NCBI GenBank assembly: GCA_049601975.1
Contig: JBMYRC010000002.1
Span: 18,683 to 82,682, forward strand
Direction: 5' to 3'
Origin: Alphaproteobacteria bacterium
GTDB lineage: Bacteria > Pseudomonadota > Alphaproteobacteria > UBA8366
DNA length: 64,000 nucleotides
Shown here one piece after another: positions 56,957-64,000 of the stretch. How positions within the stretch are numbered: the stretch's first letter is position 1; every line of letters begins with the position of its first letter. The notes beneath the pieces are model-generated. The model was not told the DNA's origin. It saw only the letters and a list, made by a program, of their open reading frames with translations, and did no database searches. The position numbers and the translations under genes were made by a program.

Positions 56957-58022
56957 TTCCTTATTTCTCGACGGTGATCTCGCTGAAATTGTCGCCAGAT
57001 TACCACCGGAGTTTACGAATTTAGCCGGAAAACGCGTACTCATCGCGGGCGGGGCAGGTTTCCTTGGGCGATATTTTCTTGCGGTTTTTAAAAAGTTAAA
57101 CGAGGAGGTCCTAGATCAACCGTGCAAGGTTTGCATGTTGGATAATTTTCGGGTCGCGGATCCAAAACTCTTGGACGAACTCGGCGATTGGGGCGAACTG
57201 CTCCATGCCGATATCTGTCGCGATCCGCTTCCGGACGGCGAATTCGACTGGTTTATTCATGCCGCGGGAATCGCCAGTCCCTTCTATTATCGCGCCTATC
57301 CGTTGGAAACCTTGGAAGTCGCGACCGTCGGGACGCAACGGTTGTTGGAATGTGCAAAAAATTCGAATGCACGGTTCGTCTATTTCTCTTCAAGTGAAAT
57401 TTATGGTGATCCAGACCCAGGTCACGTGCCGACGATGGAGAGTTATCGGGGCAATGTCTCAACTTTAGGCCCAAGAGCATGTTACGACGAAGGGAAAAGG
57501 GTAGGGGAGACGTACTGCTACATCTATCATGATTATTTTGGAGTCCACACTAATATCATCAGACCTTTCAATGTTTACGGCCCCGGAATGCAGAAATCAG
57601 ATTATCGGGTTATGCCGAATTTCGCAGCCCAAGTTGCCGCCGGTGATCCGTTGATGATCTATGGCGACGGCCAGCAGACCCGGACATTTTGCTATATTGT
57701 CGACGCCATGGTTGGGTTTTTCCGCATTGTGCTCAAAGGTGTGCCAGGGGAAGCCTACAACATCGGCAATCCAAACCCCGAAGTATCGATGAACATTCTC
57801 GCCGATACGTTTAAAAGCATGAGTCCTGTCGACGTCTCGATGCAAATGACAGAATATCCGGAATCTTATCCTGCAGACGAACCCATGCGCCGGTGTCCCG
57901 ATATTCGTAAGGCTGAATTGCAATTGGATTTTCGCCCAACAGTCAGTTTGGAAGACGGCGTGAGGCGCTTCTTGTCTTGGTCAATTCCGAGGTATCGCTC
58001 GGAACTTGCCTCTTCCTTCTGA
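56940..58022 (+). CDS. NAD-dependent epimerase/dehydratase (extended SDR; UDP-glucuronate-decarboxylase / NDP-hexose 4,6-dehydratase-like)
   Basis: 360 aa with a GTG start that overlaps the previous gene by 17 nt. Rossmann motif IAGGAGFLGRYF, catalytic region SSSEIYG...CYDEGKR. Confidence 0.8.
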   Translation: MRIVNNSLFLDGDLAEIVARLPPEFTNLAGKRVLIAGGAGFLGRYFLAVFKKLNEEVLDQPCKVCMLDNFRVADPKLLDELGDWGELLHADICRDPLPDGEFDWFIHAAGIASPFYYRAYPLETLEVATVGTQRLLECAKNSNARFVYFSSSEIYGDPDPGHVPTMESYRGNVSTLGPRACYDEGKRVGETYCYIYHDYFGVHTNIIRPFNVYGPGMQKSDYRVMPNFAAQVAAGDPLMIYGDGQQTRTFCYIVDAMVGFFRIVLKGVPGEAYNIGNPNPEVSMNILADTFKSMSPVDVSMQMTEYPESYPADEPMRRCPDIRKAELQLDFRPTVSLEDGVRRFLSWSIPRYRSELASSF

Positions 58023-58024
58023 TC

Positions 58025-58933
58025 ATGGGGGAAACAACGTCCCTAGCAGTTGTCGGCTCAGGGCCTTGGGCTCAACGGCATATGGCGACGATTTCCGCGA
58101 CACCGGGACTGCAGCTCGCTGGTGTTGTCAGTTCTTCCTTATCCGATCAACCGCGCACGCTCCATGGCGATATCGTCCCAAACGAAATCTGGTCGGACAT
58201 TGACCGGATGCTGCTCGATAAGAACCGACCCGACGGCATCATCCTGGCGACGGCGCCACAGCATATGCTGGAGGATTGCGGAAGACTGCTTAGTGAAGGC
58301 ATTCCGGTGCTCGCGGAAAAGCCGCTGACCTTATCGGCCAGTGATGCGCAATGGATCGTTGAGCAAGCAGAGCGTGTGAATGGATTAATCATGGTGAATC
58401 TGATTCATCTATTTAGCTCCGGATATTCTGCCTTGAAGCGTCACCTAGAGGATATTGGAGCACTCGAGGAACTGTCTTCCGAGGGCGGTAACCAGGGGCC
58501 GTTCCGTAAGTATATGTCGAGTCTTTGGGACTACGGTCCGCATGAACTCGCATTCGCATTGGATTTAGCGAAATCGTCACCGATAGAACTCACGGTAAAC
58601 CTTCTATCCGGCGATAGGCACCGTCATGTCATTGATGTCAAAATGGAATTCCCAAACGGAATGCGTGCGAACTTAAAATTCGGTAATATGATGGCGGAGA
58701 AACGGCGCCGTCTTCGCTGCAAGGGGGAGGTCGGCATGTTGGAACTTCAAGATCATCCGGCACCAAACCTGCGTCTGAACCACAAAGTTCTCCCGTTATT
58801 TGGTCCGCTTCCTCTCGATAACGTCCACAGTCACTTTGTGAAGAGCATGGCAGCGGGAACGGATTCTATAGGAACCGCTGCTTTGGCGTGTGAAATTAAC
58901 AACGTGATCGAGAGAATTGAATCTAAAATTTGA
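58025..58933 (+). CDS. Gfo/Idh/MocA family oxidoreductase (candidate NDP-ketosugar reductase)
   Basis: Track ORF 57977-58933. ATG 58025 lies 2 nt after the previous stop. N-terminal Rossmann LAVVGSGPWAQRH and the EKP motif (VLAEKPL). Confidence 0.7.
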   Translation: MGETTSLAVVGSGPWAQRHMATISATPGLQLAGVVSSSLSDQPRTLHGDIVPNEIWSDIDRMLLDKNRPDGIILATAPQHMLEDCGRLLSEGIPVLAEKPLTLSASDAQWIVEQAERVNGLIMVNLIHLFSSGYSALKRHLEDIGALEELSSEGGNQGPFRKYMSSLWDYGPHELAFALDLAKSSPIELTVNLLSGDRHRHVIDVKMEFPNGMRANLKFGNMMAEKRRRLRCKGEVGMLELQDHPAPNLRLNHKVLPLFGPLPLDNVHSHFVKSMAAGTDSIGTAALACEINNVIERIESKI

Positions 58934-59182
58934 TCTCAGAGTTCCCTGAAGAATGGATCTGTTGAATCTATCGAGTAAATTTGTTCCGAATGAATGCTCG
59001 ATCTGCTAAACTCTCATATATTAGAATCAGAAAATTACCGATATTTAACTAATGTTCGGTTAATTCATGAATAATTCATTAATTTCAATTAGATAATATT
59101 ATATTGAAGAATCCGCTATTTCGCATTACTTGATAGCGGTCGGGAACCAAGGCGTCGAAATCGACGTAGTCAGGGAGTCCAA

Positions 59183-60202
59183 ATGGCGGCGAAAGAGCGG
59201 GCCAGAACGCGCGCAACGGCAAAGAAGAATTCCAGCGCAGCGTCTAAAGACGAATTATTACAATATTACAATGACATGCTTTTGATTCGACGCTTCGAAG
59301 AGAAAGCCGGGCAATTGTACGGCATGGGGTTAATAGGCGGGTTTTGCCATTTGTATATCGGCCAAGAAGCTGTCGTTGTCGGTATACAATCAACGCTGAA
59401 AGACGGCGATGCCGTCATCACCAGCTATCGTGATCACGGCCATATGCTGGCCTGCGGGATGGATGCCAGAGGCGTTATGGCCGAGCTAACAGGACGCGCC
59501 GGAGGGTATTCCAAAGGTAAAGGCGGCTCGATGCATATGTTCAGCCGCGAAAAGAATTTTTACGGCGGGCACGGTATCGTCGCGGCACAAGTGCCGATCG
59601 GTGCGGGTATCGCTTTCGCCCATAAATATAATCAAACCGACCTCGTCAGCGTCACATATTTCGGCGACGGCGCCATCAATCAAGGCCAAGTCGGTGAAAC
59701 GCTGAACATGGCGGGATTGTGGGATTTACCGGCGATTTTTGTGATCGAAAACAATAAATATGCCATGGGGACAAGTCAGGAACGAGCCTCGGCCGGTAGC
59801 GACCTTTTTAACCGCGGTAAACCATATGGCATTCCCGGCAAGCAGGTTGACGGCATGGACGTGCTTGCGGTGCGGGAGGCGGCAGCGATCGCTGTTGCGC
59901 ACTGTCGGGCGGGGAAAGGGCCTTACGTCCTGGAGATGCAAACCTACAGATATCGCGGTCACTCAATGTCGGATCCGGCGAAATATCGTAGCCGCGAAGA
60001 GGTCAGCAAAGTTCGATCGGAGCGCGATCCCATCGACCGCATGCGGGGTTGGTTAATTGACGAAAAAGTCGCCTCAGAAGACGAACTCAAGGAAATCGAC
60101 CGCAAGATCAAGGATATCGTGTCGGATGCCGCGGAATTCGCACAAAACAGCCCGGAACCCGATCCATCGGAACTCTATACCGATGTCTTGGTTGAAGCGT
60201 AG
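59183..60202 (+). CDS. pdhA: Pyruvate dehydrogenase E1 component subunit alpha
   Basis: 339 aa. Motifs ..MLLIRRFEEKAGQLYGMGLIGGFCHLYIGQEA.. , TPP motif ..YFGDGAINQG.. and ..YRYRGHSMSDP.. Confidence 0.94.
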   Translation: MAAKERARTRATAKKNSSAASKDELLQYYNDMLLIRRFEEKAGQLYGMGLIGGFCHLYIGQEAVVVGIQSTLKDGDAVITSYRDHGHMLACGMDARGVMAELTGRAGGYSKGKGGSMHMFSREKNFYGGHGIVAAQVPIGAGIAFAHKYNQTDLVSVTYFGDGAINQGQVGETLNMAGLWDLPAIFVIENNKYAMGTSQERASAGSDLFNRGKPYGIPGKQVDGMDVLAVREAAAIAVAHCRAGKGPYVLEMQTYRYRGHSMSDPAKYRSREEVSKVRSERDPIDRMRGWLIDEKVASEDELKEIDRKIKDIVSDAAEFAQNSPEPDPSELYTDVLVEA

Positions 60203-60220
60203 GCCAGGGGAGCAACGGAA

Positions 60221-61594
60221 ATGCCAGTAGAGATATTGATGCCCGCGCTTTCGCCGACCATGACGGAAGGCAAGCTTGCCAAGTGGCTGAAAGCCGAAGG
60301 CGACGATGTTACCGCGGGAGACGTGATAGCAGAGATCGAAACAGATAAGGCGACGATGGAAGTGGAAGCGGTCGACGAGGGTAAACTCGGTAAAATTTTG
60401 GTCGCCGAAGGTGCCGAAGGTGTCGCTGTAAACACGCCAATTGCCGTTATTTTGGGTGAGGGAGAAAGCGCCGATGATGTTGCCGCGAGTCCGGCGCCCA
60501 AGGCACCTGCGCCGCAGCCTGCGGCACAGGAGCCGGTGGCGGTTGTGTCCACTCCGGTAAGTGCGCCCGTCGTGGCAAACACGCAGGCCGAGCCCGATTG
60601 GGACGGTGAGACAGTCACGATGACCGTACGTGAGGCCTTGCGCGACGCGATGGCGGAGGAAATGCGGCGTGAAGAGGCCGTATTCCTGATGGGCGAGGAA
60701 GTCGCCCAATATCAGGGAGCCTATAAGATTAGCCAAGGCTTGCTAGAAGAATTCGGCGAACGCCGGGTCATCGATACACCGATCACCGAACATGGGTTTT
60801 CCGGCGTCGGCGTCGGTGCCGCGTTTATGGGATTGCGTCCCATCGTAGAGTTCATGACCTTTAATTTCGCCATGCAAGCCGTGGATCATTTGATCAACTC
60901 CGCCGCAAAGACGCTGTATATGTCCGGTGGCCAAATGGGGTGCCCAATTGTGTTTCGGGGGCCGAATGGTGCCGCGTCACGGGTTGGCGCGCAGCATTCC
61001 CAATGCTATGCCAGTTGGTATGCTCATTGCCCGGGATTGAAAGTGGTCTCACCCTATTCGGCGGCGGATGCAAAGGGCCTCCTCAAATCGGCCATACGGG
61101 ACCCCAACCCCGTTTTAGTTCTTGAAAACGAGATGTTGTACGGAAACAGCTTCGAGGTCCCGGTCAGCGACGATTGGATTGTTCCGATTGGCAGCGCGAA
61201 TGTCGTGCGGGAAGGAACCGATGTTACGCTGATTGCTTTCTCGATCATGGTCGGCAAGGCGCTTGAGGCGGCGGATGCACTTGCCTTGGAAGGGATCAGC
61301 GCGGAAGTTATCGATCTTCGCAGTATTCGACCGCTCGACACCGAAACCATCGTCAAATCGGTTCAAAAGACCAATCGCATCGTCAGTTGCGAAGAAGGTT
61401 GGCCATTCGCGGGTATCGGGTCAGAAATCGCCGCGCTGATGATGGAAGCGGCTTTCGACTGGCTCGATGCGCCGATGGCGCGAGTTTGCTCAGAGGATGT
61501 ACCGTTGCCTTATGCGGCCAATCTCGAGGCGCTTGCCCTACCGCAATCAGGACAGATCGTCGATGCCGCTAAAAACGTCTGCTATCGCTCTTAG
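60221..61594 (+). CDS. pdhB: Pyruvate dehydrogenase E1 component subunit beta with N-terminal lipoyl domain
   Basis: 457 aa. Residues 1-80 form a lipoyl domain (..[14 protein letters not shown]..), followed by an Ala/Pro linker and the transketolase-like E1-beta core. Confidence 0.94.
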   Translation: MPVEILMPALSPTMTEGKLAKWLKAEGDDVTAGDVIAEIETDKATMEVEAVDEGKLGKILVAEGAEGVAVNTPIAVILGEGESADDVAASPAPKAPAPQPAAQEPVAVVSTPVSAPVVANTQAEPDWDGETVTMTVREALRDAMAEEMRREEAVFLMGEEVAQYQGAYKISQGLLEEFGERRVIDTPITEHGFSGVGVGAAFMGLRPIVEFMTFNFAMQAVDHLINSAAKTLYMSGGQMGCPIVFRGPNGAASRVGAQHSQCYASWYAHCPGLKVVSPYSAADAKGLLKSAIRDPNPVLVLENEMLYGNSFEVPVSDDWIVPIGSANVVREGTDVTLIAFSIMVGKALEAADALALEGISAEVIDLRSIRPLDTETIVKSVQKTNRIVSCEEGWPFAGIGSEIAALMMEAAFDWLDAPMARVCSEDVPLPYAANLEALALPQSGQIVDAAKNVCYRS

Positions 61595-61608
61595 GGCGGA
61601 GGAAAACA

Positions 61609-62937
61609 ATGCCAGTCAAAATACTTATGCCCGCTTTGTCCCCGACCATGACCGAAGGGACGTTGGCGAAATGGCTCGTCGGAGAAGGCGATACCGTGAA
61701 TTCCGGCGACGTGATTGCCGAAATCGAAACCGATAAAGCCACGATGGAAGTTGAAGCCGTCGAGGAAGGGAAACTCGGCAAGATCCTAGTTGCCGAGGGC
61801 ACTGAAGGCGTTGCCGTCAACAACGTCATCGCCTTATTGCTCGAAGAAGGTGAGGACGATAACGCCTTGGCTGGTGTCGATGTCTCGGCTGCACCGAGCG
61901 GCAATGGTGGCACTCCACCTGCGGCCGGGGCGACACCAGCGCCCGCGGTAGCTGCACCGGCACCCGCGGCATCACCTACCCCACAAGCGGCTCCGCCGGT
62001 CGCTGCTGCGCCTGCTGCGGCCTCTGGCGCACGGGTCGTCGCCAGCCCATTGGCGCGCCGAATGGCTTCTCAAGCGGGGCTTGATTTGGCAGGCGTGGCT
62101 GGGACCGGCCCTAATGGCAGAATCGTGAAGGCGGATGTCGAAGCGGCATTGTCCGGCGGCGGTGCTACAGCGACTGCAGTGGCGGCCCCCTCGGCATCCC
62201 CCGCCGTTGCGCAGGCAGCCCCGACGACGGCGGAGAAGTTGCCGTTCGAGCCGGATTTCGAGCTCGAATCGCTCTCGACGATGCGCAAGACAATCGCGCG
62301 GCGGCTCACGGAATCAAAGCAGCAGATTCCGCATTTCTATCTTACAGTTGATTGTGAGATTGATGAGCTGTTGGCGATGCGGAAAACCCTAAATGACAAG
62401 GCGGACGGCGCCTACAAGCTCTCAGTCAATGATATGGTCATTAAGGCTGCGGCGATCGCGCTTCGGCGCGTGCCGAAAGCCAATGCATCTTGGACCGACG
62501 AGGGTGTAAAACTTTATAAATCCGCGGATATCTCGGTAGCAGTCGCCATCGAAGGCGGCTTGATTACACCGGTCGTGCGGCAGGCGGATAATAAGGGGCT
62601 TGAGGCCATATCCTCCGAGATGAAATCACTCTCCGAGAAAGCGCGCGACGGCAAGCTGGGCCCTGAAGAATATCAAGGCGGCACGTTTAGTATCTCCAAT
62701 CTCGGCATGTACGGGATTAAGGAGTTCAGCGCGGTCATCAACCCGCCGCAGGCTTGTATCCTGGCGGTCGGTGCTGGCGCACAGCAGCCTGTCGTCAAAG
62801 ACGGAGCGCTTGCGGTCGCAACGGTTATGTCCTGTACGCTTTCGGTCGATCATCGTGCGGTCGACGGGGCCATCGGCGCCGAATATCTCAGCGCCTTTAA
62901 GCGGCTCATCGAAGATCCGCTCAGCATGCTGCTCTAA
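61609..62937 (+). CDS. pdhC: Dihydrolipoyllysine-residue acetyltransferase (E2)
   Basis: 442 aa. Lipoyl domain, Ala/Pro linkers, E3-binding domain (..SPLARRMASQAGLDLAGVAGTGPNGRI..), catalytic DHRAVDG. Confidence 0.94.
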   Translation: MPVKILMPALSPTMTEGTLAKWLVGEGDTVNSGDVIAEIETDKATMEVEAVEEGKLGKILVAEGTEGVAVNNVIALLLEEGEDDNALAGVDVSAAPSGNGGTPPAAGATPAPAVAAPAPAASPTPQAAPPVAAAPAAASGARVVASPLARRMASQAGLDLAGVAGTGPNGRIVKADVEAALSGGGATATAVAAPSASPAVAQAAPTTAEKLPFEPDFELESLSTMRKTIARRLTESKQQIPHFYLTVDCEIDELLAMRKTLNDKADGAYKLSVNDMVIKAAAIALRRVPKANASWTDEGVKLYKSADISVAVAIEGGLITPVVRQADNKGLEAISSEMKSLSEKARDGKLGPEEYQGGTFSISNLGMYGIKEFSAVINPPQACILAVGAGAQQPVVKDGALAVATVMSCTLSVDHRAVDGAIGAEYLSAFKRLIEDPLSMLL

Positions 62938-62946
62938 GGAGTTCCC

Positions 62947-64000
62947 ATGGCGGATCAAAAATTCGATCTCATTGTCGTCGGCGGCGGTCCCGGTGGCTAT
63001 GTCGCGGCCATTCGCGCGGCGCAATTGGGCATGAAGACAGCCCTTGTCGAGGGACAGCATCTGGGTGGTATTTGTCTTAATTGGGGCTGTATTCCAACCA
63101 AAGCACTGCTCCGCACTGCCGAAGTGTATCGCAACATTCAGCATGCGGAGGCCTATGGCATCACGGTTCAAGGCGCCTCCGTCGACTTGAAGAAGGTTGT
63201 CGCGCGCTCACGCAAAGTGGCGGCTCAATTGAATGGTGGTGTCGGGCATCTCTTGGAAAAGAATAAGGTTGAAGTCATCGACGGCTGGGGCAAGCTTGAG
63301 GATGGAACCAAGGGTGCCCACAAGCTTTCCGTAGAGAAAGACGGCAAGAAGATAGCCGACCTCACGGCGACGCACATCATATTGGCGACGGGGGCCAGAG
63401 CTCGGTCTTTGCCGGGGTTGGAGCCTGACGGCAAATTGGTTTGGACGTATAAAGAAGCCATGGTGCCGGAAGCAATGCCGAAATCGATCCTGGTGGTCGG
63501 GTCAGGCGCCATCGGCATCGAATTCGCGAGTTTCTATCGCAATCTTGGTGTCGACGTAACCGTGGTCGAGGTCATGGATCGCGTCTTGCCGGTCGAGGAC
63601 GAGGAGATTTCAGCCTTGGCGCAAAAGTCCTTCGAAAAAGACGGGATGAAGATCATTACCGGCGCACAAGTCAAAGCGCTGAAGAAATTGGCCAATTCCG
63701 TGACCGCAACGGTCGATAAAGCGGGCAAGAGTCAGGATATTACCGTAGACAGAGTGATCTTGGCAGTTGGGATCGTCGGTAATGTTGAGGATATTGGTCT
63801 CGAAAGCACCAAGGTGAAGGTCGACCGCGGCCATATCGAGACCGATCAGTGGCTCGAGACCGCCGAAGCGGGCGTCTACGCCATTGGCGATGTTACCGGT
63901 CCGCCCTGGCTGGCCCATAAGGCAAGCCATGAAGGCATTATTTGTGTTGAGAAAATCAAAGGCGAGAAAGACGTCCATCCGTTGAACACATTGAATGTGC
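62947..64000 (+). CDS. lpdA: Dihydrolipoyl dehydrogenase (E3), N-terminal ~350 aa (3' end beyond the window)
   Basis: ATG 62947 is open to the window end, so it is not in the ORF track. N-terminus MADQKFDLIVVGGGPGGYVAAIRAAQLG; redox-active disulfide GGICLNWGCIPTK. Confidence 0.92.
   Translation, partial: MADQKFDLIVVGGGPGGYVAAIRAAQLGMKTALVEGQHLGGICLNWGCIPTKALLRTAEVYRNIQHAEAYGITVQGASVDLKKVVARSRKVAAQLNGGVGHLLEKNKVEVIDGWGKLEDGTKGAHKLSVEKDGKKIADLTATHIILATGARARSLPGLEPDGKLVWTYKEAMVPEAMPKSILVVGSGAIGIEFASFYRNLGVDVTVVEVMDRVLPVEDEEISALAQKSFEKDGMKIITGAQVKALKKLANSVTATVDKAGKSQDITVDRVILAVGIVGNVEDIGLESTKVKVDRGHIETDQWLETAEAGVYAIGDVTGPPWLAHKASHEGIICVEKIKGEKDVHPLNTLNV

Noticed and set aside
55066-59182. The sugar cassette as a classical genomic island or mobile element
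   Set aside because: I could find no integrase, transposase, tRNA target or flanking direct or inverted repeats shared by the two spacers. Only the AT-rich spacers and the synteny break support insertion.

Overview
This window reads as about 64 kb of core chromosome from an alphaproteobacterium. That assignment is an inference from four things. The gene order is nuoLMN-birA-coaX-rnj-mce-DUF1467...proS-lolCE-lolD...dnaE, then rpsB-tsf-pyrH-frr-uppS-cdsA-dxr-rseP-bamA-(skp)-fabZ-lpxA-lpxI-lpxB, then gltA-gltX-comEC-lexA-moeA-moaC-trpC-trpD, then ppiD-tpiA-secG-pyrG-kdsA-eno-ftsB...pdhA-pdhB-pdhC-lpdA. LpxI is used instead of LpxH. The E1-beta subunit carries an N-terminal lipoyl domain. There is a GTTC-N7-GTTC direct-repeat LexA box upstream of lexA. 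About 55 intact, tightly packed and mostly housekeeping genes are present. I saw no rRNA, tRNA, CRISPR array, transposase, integrase, phage gene or recognisable defence gene. I did not find a convincing new multi-gene system, and most of the window is ordinary. Five things stand out. (1) Three multi-lesion pseudogenes sit in otherwise conserved slots: an NCS2 purine permease, skp/ompH and comEC. (2) lpxD is missing from its canonical place between skp and fabZ. (3) A 0.5-kb ORF-free spacer holds an orphan LexA box, a 51-codon ORF and a strong terminator, which together look like a small SOS-controlled transcription unit. (4) A four-gene NDP-sugar tailoring cassette (cupin, C-methyltransferase, SDR, Gfo/Idh/MocA reductase) is wedged between ftsB and pdhA and flanked by AT-rich spacers. 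(5) Two further breaks in local synteny occur at 8.1-12.0 kb and 44.5-47.4 kb. CDS coordinates follow the supplied ORF track (stop codon included). Where an internal start fits homologous N-termini better, I moved the start and say so in the evidence.
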